From: a virus
Lineage: Duplodnaviria > Caudoviricetes
Length of the DNA: 50,370 nucleotides
Virus record (IMG/VR): IMGVR_UViG_3300025096_000031
Coordinates: 1-50,370 of that record
Strand: one strand, 5' to 3'
Position 1 is the stretch's first letter. The number at the start of each line of letters is the position of its first letter. Made by a program: the position numbers and the translations under genes. The notes beneath the pieces were generated by a model, which was not told the DNA's origin, did not search any database, and saw only the letters and a list, made by a program, of their open reading frames with translations. Shown here piece by piece: positions 27,537-37,080 of this stretch.

Positions 27537-27556
27537 CTCCAAAGGAGAGCATCGTA

Positions 27557-28387
27557 ATGGCAACAGAAGAAAAAAAGGTAGTACAATCAGAGGATAACCT
27601 TATTGATGTATTGGATGAATTCAATGCAAACCAGGAAGGCTCCGAAGATGTTGCTGCTGAAACCAAAGAACAGGCACAAGAGCGCCAGGAGGCGGTTGCG
27701 TACCTTATTGACAACAAGTTTCAGGATACACCTGAAGGTAGAGAGCAGTTGGCTACGGCCTATAAGGAATTGCAGAGCAAGACCGATAAGGAAAAGTCAG
27801 CGTTTAACCAAAAGTTTGATCATTATGAACGATTGGATAAACTCGATAACTATCTAAAAGAACATCCTGAATCAGTTCAGTTGTTACAATCAAAGATAAC
27901 AGAGGAGAAAGAACAGTTGAAAGGCCCACCTGAAAAACCTGAAGGATATGACATCTTGGATGAAAGTATCGAAAATACCGAATCCGCAGCCTGGCGTGAC
28001 GAGTATAATGCCTGGTTGATAGAACAGGGTAGGTTGGCAGCAGCCAATGAAGTTCAACAGTTTAAGGATGATCTGGCGAGTCGTGAAATGGCCCGTCGGG
28101 ACGATAAGGAATTAACAGATCTCGGTCTGGACGATTCACAAAAGAATGAATTCCGAAAATTCTTAAACGATCCTGGTAATCTTAACAACAAAACGCTTGT
28201 TGATGTTTGGCGGTTTCTAAACGGTGATGGAGCAGTAATACCAAGTGGTGATAATACTGCGGCACGAAAAAACCTGCAGACGAGCGCAGCAGCAGTACAG
28301 GGGAACGCCCCTTCTGCTATTACTCCACAATCTGAAGAACTTAATAAGTTTTGGGATGGTATTATGAAAACCACGAATCGGGGGTAG
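27557..28387 (+). CDS. Capsid scaffolding protein
   Basis: Acidic helical protein between portal and capsid; LATAYKELQSK motif. Confidence 0.75.
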   Translation: MATEEKKVVQSEDNLIDVLDEFNANQEGSEDVAAETKEQAQERQEAVAYLIDNKFQDTPEGREQLATAYKELQSKTDKEKSAFNQKFDHYERLDKLDNYLKEHPESVQLLQSKITEEKEQLKGPPEKPEGYDILDESIENTESAAWRDEYNAWLIEQGRLAAANEVQQFKDDLASREMARRDDKELTDLGLDDSQKNEFRKFLNDPGNLNNKTLVDVWRFLNGDGAVIPSGDNTAARKNLQTSAAAVQGNAPSAITPQSEELNKFWDGIMKTTNRG

Positions 28388-28445
28388 CCCGATAGTGGCG
28401 GAATTACTTTAACCACAATTCTGCAGGGTAGCAAAGGAGTCAGAA

Positions 28446-29924
28446 ATGGCACAACCTTATAGTTATGGATCAGGAACCGCTACCCAATTCACCACAGGCG
28501 AACAACGCCAGGTACTTGAGTTAGGCGAAAAGATTCATATGTTTAACCCAGATGTCACGCCCATATTTACTGTTATGGGTAGATTATCTACATCAGTAAC
28601 CCCCGTTCCAATTTTTGAATGGATGGAAGATGAATATTTCATCCGTCCTGATGTAAAATTGATCACAGGCGCAGCAACGGTCCAGGACCGTGGTGGCTCC
28701 GCAGGTGATAACGATACGGGATTCATCATCAGAATGAACCGACAAGCGCAATTTGAGGCGTTTGAAAAAGGTGCGCTTTACACTATCTCTGGTTTAGGGA
28801 CAGGAGAAACGCAGTTTGAATCCGCAAATACTGATGTTGAACTAATGTGTGTTGCTCTTGGTCAAGAGTGTCAAGCAGGGACAGTTGGTGGCGCAGTTGC
28901 CGCATCTGAATTAGATGTTGCATTTGTCCATTCCGACGGAACATTACCTGCTTTTCGTTATGACAAGAACGGCACAACAGTTGCAGGTTTTGCATATACT
29001 GCAACATCAACAATCACATTCACATATGTCGGGAATGTCGGAGAATGCTCCGATCTTGATCAGCCTGGTCATTCTGCTACGCAGACTAACCTAACTGACA
29101 ATGAAACGGCAACTGTGTATCGATCCAGAGTCGGATGGCGTGAAGGCGCAAACATTGGCGAAATGACATCCAAAAAGGTTCGTAGACTATCGAACTGTAC
29201 GCAGATCTTTAGAGAGCCTTACTCAATCACAGGCACACAGAATGCTGCCAAAATGTATGGTGGATCTGAAATGTCACGCTTACAAGCACGGAAATTGAAC
29301 AAAATCAAGATGGATCTGGAATATGCTATCTTGACGAATGGCGCAAAATCCCTTGATGCAACGGCAGAAAATCCCCAAAGAACAATGGCAGGACTTGGTG
29401 TCGGAGGAACGGCAGGAGTTATTCAATCCTTAAACGCAGATGTGAATGCTGAATTGAAGATGACCGAAACATATTCATCTTCTGCAGTTGGTGGATTGGG
29501 CGAAATGGACGATGTCCTGGAAAAAGTATTCCAGGATAGTTTGTCTGGTTCTATGAAGAAAACCGCATTTTGCTCAAATCGTTGGCTGAAGAAATTGGTA
29601 GGTCTGGCTCGTACAGACTCAAATACCAGTATCAATGCTGAAATGGGATCTAACGCTACCGCAGGGTTGCGTGTTACAAAATACTTTGGGCCTATCGGTG
29701 AAATGGACTTTGTGGTCCATCCGTTGCTCAACAGTACATTGGATGCGTATGCGGTTGTTCTTGATTTTGCAAACATTGCTTGGCGCCCATTGGCTACAAG
29801 AGATATGCAGTTGAGATCTAATGTGATCCAGGATGGTCGTGACGGTCAAACTAATGAGTGGTTGATCGAAGCAGGAATGGAAATTCGGAACGAACAAACA
29901 CACGCTATCTTAAAATTGGTATAA
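28446..29924 (+). CDS. Major capsid protein (HK97 fold, DUF5309/SU10-like)
   Basis: TPIF, FEWMED, NCTQIFREPYSITGT, DLEYAIL.G, RTMAG, YFGPIG, EWLIEAGME; strong RBS. Confidence 0.88.
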   Translation: MAQPYSYGSGTATQFTTGEQRQVLELGEKIHMFNPDVTPIFTVMGRLSTSVTPVPIFEWMEDEYFIRPDVKLITGAATVQDRGGSAGDNDTGFIIRMNRQAQFEAFEKGALYTISGLGTGETQFESANTDVELMCVALGQECQAGTVGGAVAASELDVAFVHSDGTLPAFRYDKNGTTVAGFAYTATSTITFTYVGNVGECSDLDQPGHSATQTNLTDNETATVYRSRVGWREGANIGEMTSKKVRRLSNCTQIFREPYSITGTQNAAKMYGGSEMSRLQARKLNKIKMDLEYAILTNGAKSLDATAENPQRTMAGLGVGGTAGVIQSLNADVNAELKMTETYSSSAVGGLGEMDDVLEKVFQDSLSGSMKKTAFCSNRWLKKLVGLARTDSNTSINAEMGSNATAGLRVTKYFGPIGEMDFVVHPLLNSTLDAYAVVLDFANIAWRPLATRDMQLRSNVIQDGRDGQTNEWLIEAGMEIRNEQTHAILKLV

Positions 29925-29946
29925 TTACCAATATTTAACTCATCGG

Positions 29947-29982
29947 AATATCTGGGGCGGTGTCGCATCTGCCCCAGATATT
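29947..29982 (+). terminator. Hairpin after the major capsid gene (terminator or mRNA stabiliser)
   Basis: 12-bp stem AATATCTGGGGC/GCCCCAGATATT; weak U-tail. Confidence 0.6.
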
Positions 29983-29998
29983 ATAAAAGGATTAAGAT

Positions 29999-30904
29999 AT
30001 GAGATATCAAGAATTATACGAAATGGTCGATATGGGTATGCTCCGTGCAAATGTCAATTATCCCGTATCGGACAATCTTAAAGAATTTTTAGTAACACAG
30101 GCGGTTGATAAGATCGGGGAAACTGTTGTTCTAAAGAAAAAGACTCTATCCCCATCTGTAGTAGGGACGACGGCTATATTGGATGCCGACGATATGACAT
30201 CAAAAGTTTATAAGGTAGAGGCAGGAGATAAGAATCTTCCCTTTATCAGCGAAGAAACAACAAACCCAAATACCGACACAACAACAATAACAAACAATGC
30301 CTGGTATGTAAAACAAAACAGAGAGTCTGGGACCATATCTTCGTTGGCGTCTACAGATGCAAGTCCAAGTTCAGTAACTTTCACAGGCTCTATAAACCCT
30401 AATGTAGATCAGGTGGTAGGTAGTAGAATATTTATAAGTGAAGTAGGTGGCATTGTAAAGGCAGGTGAAAAACACCCTTTAAACGGCCAAACTTGGCGTA
30501 TAACGGCCGTAAGTGGCGAAGACCTAACCTTTACCGCTAAAGACAATACGCACACGAATGGGGGCTATTCTGCGTATACTGCAGGAACAGGGGTATATGA
30601 AGAGAGAACATATACAATCCATTTTTTAAAGGCCCCTGAAGGGACCGTAAAAGTTTATTATTATGCAAAGCCCACACCAATGGTCAGTTTGGCAAGTGAA
30701 GTGGACCTACCAAGTGAATTGGTTTCTGCGGTGGTCCATTTAGTTATAGCCAGGTTAATGTCGATTGACGGCCAGATGCAAATGGGATCTGGGCATCGTG
30801 GTATAGCAAAACAGGTAATTGAAGAATGGATCCAAGCCAGGAGCAGAAGAGAACAGTTTCCAGACATTGTTCCACCACCAATGACTAACTTTATAGATAA
30901 GTAG
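29999..30904 (+). CDS. Head-tail adaptor-like virion protein with inserted beta domain
   Basis: Position after the capsid gene; C-terminal VYYYAKP...DLPSEL..AVV pattern. Confidence 0.55.
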   Translation: MRYQELYEMVDMGMLRANVNYPVSDNLKEFLVTQAVDKIGETVVLKKKTLSPSVVGTTAILDADDMTSKVYKVEAGDKNLPFISEETTNPNTDTTTITNNAWYVKQNRESGTISSLASTDASPSSVTFTGSINPNVDQVVGSRIFISEVGGIVKAGEKHPLNGQTWRITAVSGEDLTFTAKDNTHTNGGYSAYTAGTGVYEERTYTIHFLKAPEGTVKVYYYAKPTPMVSLASEVDLPSELVSAVVHLVIARLMSIDGQMQMGSGHRGIAKQVIEEWIQARSRREQFPDIVPPPMTNFIDK

Positions 30905-30912
30905 AGGATATT

Positions 30913-33900
30913 ATGGCAACATTAGGCACAAGAGTTGAAGATCTTATCGGAGCATTCTCCGATACTACGGCAAAGGATAGCGCATTAACAGATGCAGCCC
31001 AGGAAATCTTAAATGTACTTCCAGATGAGTGTCTGTGGTTAGTGATAGATGAAAGCGCAGATATAGTATCAAACGGGTATTCAGTAGACACCTGTAAAGT
31101 TATGGCAGTAACAAGGGATGGTGAGTTTTGTAAGTTGATGCCCCTGGCCTACGAAAATAGAGTTATCAATGTCCCAGAAAGTTTATTTGCCCCGTCCACA
31201 AATATGCCCGTATACATTCTGAAGGAAAATAAGATATCAGTATATCCTACAGGATTTGGTCAGTTTAAGGTCCAAAAGGTAAATTATCCCACAATATTAA
31301 GTACAGATACCAATATAGGTAAGATTGAAAAGTCTGGTGTGACAGTAGATGTATCTGCGTTGTTTACTAAAACATCTCACGGCTTATCGGTTGGTGATAG
31401 TGTAACATTAGAAAGTTGGACCAAAGATGTGGGTGGAGGTGCATTCCCTGAATTGGAAGGGATGACCACACAGGTGGCTACGGTCCCGTTAACATCTACA
31501 TTTACATTAGAAGGAGTTACGGCAGCGTCCGAGGCCGCAACGGGAACCATTGTATCTGGGACGATGTTCCCAAAAGAATTAGAACATATTGTTGTCCTGG
31601 GGGCAGCATTGAAAGGCCGAATCTGGCAATTAGTAGAAAAAAGGGCAAGTTTACCTGCAGCGCCTACAGTAGTTACTCTATCATCTCCCCCATCGTTGGT
31701 GGCCATCGACACTAATCTGTCGTCCCCCATATCATCCACATATACGGCCCCAACTGCTCCGACCAAACCAGGCGCTGCAAATTTTACATACACACCGCCA
31801 AGTAAACCAACGCCGCCACAAGGACCATCGTTCACATATACAAGTCCATCAGCACCAACACCGCCTGGCACACCATCATTCACATATACTGCGCCTTCAC
31901 CACCAACGGCACCAGGCGCACCAAGTTTTACATTTTCACCACCGAATGCACCCATAGCCCCAGGGGCGCCACAGTTTTCATATACAAGTCCATCGTCAGT
32001 ACCGACGGCGCCTGGCGCACCATCGTTCGTGTATTCACCACCAACGGCACCAACACCGCCAGGAACACCTACATTTACATACAATGCGCCAAGCCTACCA
32101 TCGGCGATTGTACAACCTAATTTCACATATACAAGCCCTACACCATTTCCAACGGCACCAGGCACACCATTTTTTCAGTATACAAGTCCTACAATAACGC
32201 TTGATACTGCACCTGTTATTACAGACCTGGATCTGTCAGCGATAACTGTCCCAGATCCCCCTGCCGTATCAATATCATATACTGCTGCTACAGGTGGTGA
32301 TGCATCTAATACAGATGCAACGACACAGGCCACGGGACCAACTGCAGTAGGATCTATCCCTATTGTGGCAGATGCAACATATGGATCCTTACCTACGGTC
32401 CCAACTTATAATACTCCGCCTGTTACTACAAACTTTGCGGATGCAGAAACATACATCTCAATAAATGAAGATATTGAACTTGCCCAGGCGAATATAACAA
32501 AGAACCAGGCCGTACTACAGGAATATCAATTAACGATATCAAACAATTTGAATAAGTTTAATGCAGAATCACAGGAATACCAGGCAGGTATAAAAAAACT
32601 TGATCGTGAATTTGAAGACGCAATAAAACAGAATATAGCGGATGCAAATAACGAAGTTAACAGGATCCTGAAACAAGCAGAGATTGATGCAGCGCAAACG
32701 CAACAAGATACAAAAGCAGCAATAGAAGTGGATATTCGCAATAAAGCACAGGACCAAACATTAGATATACATAACAAAGCCCAGGCCCAGGCATTAGCAA
32801 TAACGAATGCCGCTAAAGATGTAGAGGCAGAGATTGAAACTTCAAGACAAAAGGTGCAGGTATTCCAGGCAGAAGTACAAAGATATCAACAGGAAGTTGT
32901 TACTGCAGTACAGGTATACCAGGTAAATGAGATTCAAAAAGAAATTGCGCTATGGCAGGGAGAGCAAACACATAAGATCCAAAAGTACACCGCCGATATA
33001 AATAATGCCCAGGCCGCTTATAGATCATCATTTGATGAATATGCTGCAGAAAATAGTAAGTATGCTGCTGAAGTCCAGGGATGGGGATTAAAGGTTCAGG
33101 ATGCCCAGGCGTTATATAGGGCATCAGTTGATGAATATTCAGCCGATAGTGGTAGGTATCAAGCAGAGATCCAGAAGTATTCACAAGAATTAGCCAACGC
33201 ACAGGCGCAATACAGGGAAGATGTCGATGAGTACACGGCATCAAATCAGAAGTATTCTACGGAAGTCCAAGCATATGCGACAGAGATAAACGATTCCCAG
33301 GCAAGTTACAAAGCGGATGTTGACATATATAATGCCGAAACCGCTAAATATTCATCAGAAATCCAGGCGTATTCTGCAGAAATAGGCAATGCCCAAGCAG
33401 CGTATAAAGAAGCGGTTGATGAATACACGGCATCAAACGGTAAATATTCCGCAGAAATTCAAGCATATTCCATTGAAATAGGTAAAGCACAGGCGGAGTA
33501 TAAAGAAGCGGTTGACGAGTATGCTGCAGAAAGCCAGAAGTATTCATCAGAGATCCAGGCCTATTCCATTCAGGTCCAAAACGCACAAGCATCTTATAAG
33601 CAATCTGTAGATGAATATGCATCAAGTAGTGGCAAATATGCTGCAGAAATCCAATCATTCAATGCCGAATTGTCGGATGCACAAGCAGTATACAGAGAGG
33701 AAGTAGACGAATATACTGCAGTAATAAATAAATTTGCATCTGAAACACAATTATATAATTCCGAATTACAGAACGCCCAGGCGGAATATAAAGTATTCTT
33801 TGACGAAAAAACATCAGATAATCAATTGTATGGAGTAGAGTTACAGGCCTATTCTACAGAATTGCAGAATGCGGTCCAGGAATACAAGGTCGCTTTAGAC

Positions 33901-34176
33901 ACATTCTCAAATGAGTTACAGACATTATCATCTATAAATCAAAGTATAATAGCAAATAATAATTCAACAATCCAACATTGGCAAACAGAGAATAGCCTTG
34001 ATGTTACTAATTATTCGGCCCAGGTACAGGAGTACCAATCGGAAGTTGGCAGGTACCAGGGAGAACACGGGTTAATGATACAAGAGCAACAGGCAATCCA
34101 ACAACAGTACCAGGTAGCCTTACAGGGTTATATGTCTAAATATCAACCAACGCCAGGGGTTCAGGGGAATGCTTGA
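30913..34176 (+). CDS. Adaptor/ring-like virion protein with Pro-rich and helical repeat stalk
   Basis: Adaptor-like N-terminus (PVY....NKI.VYP; FPKELEH.VVLGAA), a HGL..GD.V insert, 16-aa Pro repeats and 32-aa helical repeats. Confidence 0.65.
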   Translation: MATLGTRVEDLIGAFSDTTAKDSALTDAAQEILNVLPDECLWLVIDESADIVSNGYSVDTCKVMAVTRDGEFCKLMPLAYENRVINVPESLFAPSTNMPVYILKENKISVYPTGFGQFKVQKVNYPTILSTDTNIGKIEKSGVTVDVSALFTKTSHGLSVGDSVTLESWTKDVGGGAFPELEGMTTQVATVPLTSTFTLEGVTAASEAATGTIVSGTMFPKELEHIVVLGAALKGRIWQLVEKRASLPAAPTVVTLSSPPSLVAIDTNLSSPISSTYTAPTAPTKPGAANFTYTPPSKPTPPQGPSFTYTSPSAPTPPGTPSFTYTAPSPPTAPGAPSFTFSPPNAPIAPGAPQFSYTSPSSVPTAPGAPSFVYSPPTAPTPPGTPTFTYNAPSLPSAIVQPNFTYTSPTPFPTAPGTPFFQYTSPTITLDTAPVITDLDLSAITVPDPPAVSISYTAATGGDASNTDATTQATGPTAVGSIPIVADATYGSLPTVPTYNTPPVTTNFADAETYISINEDIELAQANITKNQAVLQEYQLTISNNLNKFNAESQEYQAGIKKLDREFEDAIKQNIADANNEVNRILKQAEIDAAQTQQDTKAAIEVDIRNKAQDQTLDIHNKAQAQALAITNAAKDVEAEIETSRQKVQVFQAEVQRYQQEVVTAVQVYQVNEIQKEIALWQGEQTHKIQKYTADINNAQAAYRSSFDEYAAENSKYAAEVQGWGLKVQDAQALYRASVDEYSADSGRYQAEIQKYSQELANAQAQYREDVDEYTASNQKYSTEVQAYATEINDSQASYKADVDIYNAETAKYSSEIQAYSAEIGNAQAAYKEAVDEYTASNGKYSAEIQAYSIEIGKAQAEYKEAVDEYAAESQKYSSEIQAYSIQVQNAQASYKQSVDEYASSSGKYAAEIQSFNAELSDAQAVYREEVDEYTAVINKFASETQLYNSELQNAQAEYKVFFDEKTSDNQLYGVELQAYSTELQNAVQEYKVALDTFSNELQTLSSINQSIIANNNSTIQHWQTENSLDVTNYSAQVQEYQSEVGRYQGEHGLMIQEQQAIQQQYQVALQGYMSKYQPTPGVQGNA
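31735..32190 (+). repeat. Nine complete (plus one partial) Pro-rich 16-17-aa coding repeats, F-x-Y-x-x-P-x-x-P-x-x-P-G-x-P
   Basis: Translation of 30913-34176. Confidence 0.9.
33007..33915 (+). repeat. Nine complete (plus one partial) 32-aa (96-bp) helical coding repeats, AQAxYxxxVDEYxAxxxKYxxEIQAYSxEIxN
   Basis: Unit starts at 33007 + n*96 up to 33871. Confidence 0.9.
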
Positions 34177-34667
34177 TGAGGAAGAGTTTAATAAGAAGTG
34201 ATAAAATTGAGATCAGACTATCCCAGGTTAGCGGATATGGTGTATTCGCAAAGGAAGATATAAAAGAAGGGACCATATTAGAAGAATGCCGTCTAATATT
34301 TATTCCGTTTGATCATAAAGTTGAAACATTAGGTAGGTACCTATGGCATTGGGATTCAAACGATCCTATGAGATACTGTGCTTTGCCAATAGGTTATGGT
34401 AGTTTATATAATTCATCTGAAGACGAAGAGCCAAGTGTGCGTGTTGAGGCAGATGAAGAAGAACAAATCTTGATATATATTGCAAATAAGAGTCTAAAGA
34501 AGAACGAAGAATTAACAATGAAATATAAGTTTTATAAGGACTATAAATATTATACAACCATAGAACCGCAAAAGAGTGAGAATATAGATCTTCTCGTAAA
34601 TGGATATGGTGGAGATGATAGATCAGAATTGATATCAAGAATATTCCCTGGAGTCCCAATTGCCTAA
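34173..34667 (+). CDS. SET-domain protein (lysine methyltransferase fold)
   Basis: S...GYGVFAKEDIKEG, GYGSLYNSS (canonical NHS is NSS here), A.K.L...EELTMKY. Confidence 0.85.
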   Translation: MMRKSLIRSDKIEIRLSQVSGYGVFAKEDIKEGTILEECRLIFIPFDHKVETLGRYLWHWDSNDPMRYCALPIGYGSLYNSSEDEEPSVRVEADEEEQILIYIANKSLKKNEELTMKYKFYKDYKYYTTIEPQKSENIDLLVNGYGGDDRSELISRIFPGVPIA

Positions 34668-37080
34668 AGAAGTATTAAAAATAACAAATTTTGGAGCAGG
34701 ATTAAATAACAACGCAGATCCATCATCTCTTGAAGATAATGAGTTAATGGAGGCGACAAATGTTGAATTGAGTCAAAAAGGCACAATAAAAATGCCTGGT
34801 GATGCAAAGGCAACAGTTCAGACAGTTGTTACGACAACACCATCTGCAGGAATTGGCTCTAATGGGACCATAGCAGGATGGGCGTCAGATCACTCAATAC
34901 AAACAGATCTGATATACATACTTCCTGCTGTAGGAAGTATTGCTGATTTTGAAGGTAAATGGGCATTTAACAATGCCGTAGCAGGATCTGCAACAGGTAT
35001 GGGTAGGGTTGTCCTTATCAAAGAGAATATCACCTATAACTCCACTACATATGATCAATTATATATTACAAATGAATATACCACCGTAGGATCCATTGCA
35101 AGTGTGTGGGCGGCAACAGATACTATCTGGTATGCAGATGATGCCATAGGTACAGGAATAACACAATATGGGGCGGCAGCATCTGTGGACTATGTGGAGC
35201 CTGGACCAGGTGTCCCCGAATCAAACCAATGGTTGGCACACCTTTCTACAGATGGGTTAGTGTCTATATATAATTATAATTCAGATAGATTTTTTAAGGA
35301 TGTCTTTGATCTTGGTTCAGGAACTTCTGTGAGTGGCAGCGCAAGTGTGCAGGATCAGGTATTGAGATTATCAGATATGACCTTTGAATCACAATATGCT
35401 CTTTCAAATAAGTCTAAATGGTGGGGGTATATTAGAAGAGATATGTTTCAATATGATACTACGGGCGTTGGTATTACATCCGAAAGTAGATGGGTTGATG
35501 AAGATGCGGATCTGTTAAGTTGGGGTGATATAGGCTGCACCATTGCTATGTTCAATGCAGGTTCGGCCAATATAGCCGATTCAGATATTGGGAGTACGGT
35601 AGGGGATAAAATTGTTATATCGTATTGGAAAAATAAGGATGAGTCAGGTCTAAACGCATATGAGGGTGGATGGAATGGTACATTCCTATTTGCATCTTGC
35701 CCTATCTTCGATGAAAAACAGTTTGGTGAAATAGATGAGTTATCATCAATTGATTTTGTAGGACATACACTCAACATATCTGTTAGTGTTTCAGCAGGTA
35801 CGACAGATCCTACATCTTTTTTGTCACCCGTAAACAAGTGGCCTGGACTTGGTACAACGGATAATAAAAGAGTTACGGGTATGCGTATATACTTTAAGTC
35901 AGTTGCTACCGATGATTGGTATATATTGAAGGATATTGATTTTGTTCACGGTGATGTTGGGACCAGGTGGGATACATTAGATACTGCTGCCGAAGTTACT
36001 TATGGTAGGCCAGATATGACATCATTTGTAATAGCGCTTAATCAGGCATCTAATAATGCAGATGAGGAATATGCCATCACAACCACTAATTGTACAACCA
36101 CTTATACTCTCACAGTAACAGATGGTTGGGGAAATAGGCAAGGCTTTATAAGGGTACACGGATTCCATTATGATCCTGTATATGTTGCGGTCCCTGATTT
36201 GGTTACTCAAAGTGGTTCTTCATTGAATATCCCCGTTACAAATCCTGTAGCAGGTACTTATCAATGTTTTGCTGAACTGATAGACGAGAATTATCAATCC
36301 ATTGCAATTACTGCTGCTCTTTCTCTGACATTCGTTGCAGGATCATCGGGCGCACCCCCTTCCCACGGCGGTTATGGTGGATGTTGTTGGGTAGCAATGG
36401 AATTATGGGGGCAGATGGATGATAGAACGCACCAGGCACGATTTTATGTAATAAATAATAATAATTGGTTTACAAGACTTTATAAGAGATATGGTATGGC
36501 CTGGGCAAAGATTGTTAAAAGAAGTAGGTTAATCCAGACTATGGTTAAGCCTATTTGGAAGTATATGTCAGCGCAGGGAAAAGAGTTTTTCAATCGTCCA
36601 ACGGGATACCCAAAGGCTACACGGGCCATCCAGGATCTGCGTAAGAAATATCCTGATATGTTTGAATATTATTTAATAGGAAGTAATGCAAGGCAAGAAA
36701 AGGTAACACATTATTATGATGTTAATATTGTTCCGATAGGAAACGATAGACATACCTTCGCAATATGGGAAGATGTATTAAAAAGCCTACACTATGTACA
36801 GGAAGATGATCAGAGGTATGTGAATCCAAGTATATGTCCACAGTTTGCATTTATTAAAGATTATAGTGGTCGTGATGTTTATAAGCATAGAGATGATGAA
36901 GTTGATTGCTATTTTTATTATGACGAAAAATTTCCAAAGAATTTTGTGATAGAAAATTTAGAAGATGAAGGAGATAATACTATGGGGAACTTATGGCACA
37001 ATCGAATCCCATTGATTGGTGATAAGTGGAGGGCCAGGGGCCTGGATAGACTCCCTTATACTCACAAGGAGATTGTGTAA
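34660..37080 (+). CDS. Tail nozzle/stabilisation-like protein, N-terminal part, with C-terminal CWVA and nucleotidyltransferase-like extensions
   Basis: N-terminus K...F.GLN...D....DNE...A.NV....G; GGYGGCCWVAMELWG...WF..LY..YG; YYLIGS.AR. Confidence 0.55.
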   Translation: MPKEVLKITNFGAGLNNNADPSSLEDNELMEATNVELSQKGTIKMPGDAKATVQTVVTTTPSAGIGSNGTIAGWASDHSIQTDLIYILPAVGSIADFEGKWAFNNAVAGSATGMGRVVLIKENITYNSTTYDQLYITNEYTTVGSIASVWAATDTIWYADDAIGTGITQYGAAASVDYVEPGPGVPESNQWLAHLSTDGLVSIYNYNSDRFFKDVFDLGSGTSVSGSASVQDQVLRLSDMTFESQYALSNKSKWWGYIRRDMFQYDTTGVGITSESRWVDEDADLLSWGDIGCTIAMFNAGSANIADSDIGSTVGDKIVISYWKNKDESGLNAYEGGWNGTFLFASCPIFDEKQFGEIDELSSIDFVGHTLNISVSVSAGTTDPTSFLSPVNKWPGLGTTDNKRVTGMRIYFKSVATDDWYILKDIDFVHGDVGTRWDTLDTAAEVTYGRPDMTSFVIALNQASNNADEEYAITTTNCTTTYTLTVTDGWGNRQGFIRVHGFHYDPVYVAVPDLVTQSGSSLNIPVTNPVAGTYQCFAELIDENYQSIAITAALSLTFVAGSSGAPPSHGGYGGCCWVAMELWGQMDDRTHQARFYVINNNNWFTRLYKRYGMAWAKIVKRSRLIQTMVKPIWKYMSAQGKEFFNRPTGYPKATRAIQDLRKKYPDMFEYYLIGSNARQEKVTHYYDVNIVPIGNDRHTFAIWEDVLKSLHYVQEDDQRYVNPSICPQFAFIKDYSGRDVYKHRDDEVDCYFYYDEKFPKNFVIENLEDEGDNTMGNLWHNRIPLIGDKWRARGLDRLPYTHKEIV

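Noticed and set aside
31377-32165. 262-aa Gly/Val-rich antisense ORF
   Set aside because: Mirror of the Pro-rich repeats on the plus strand
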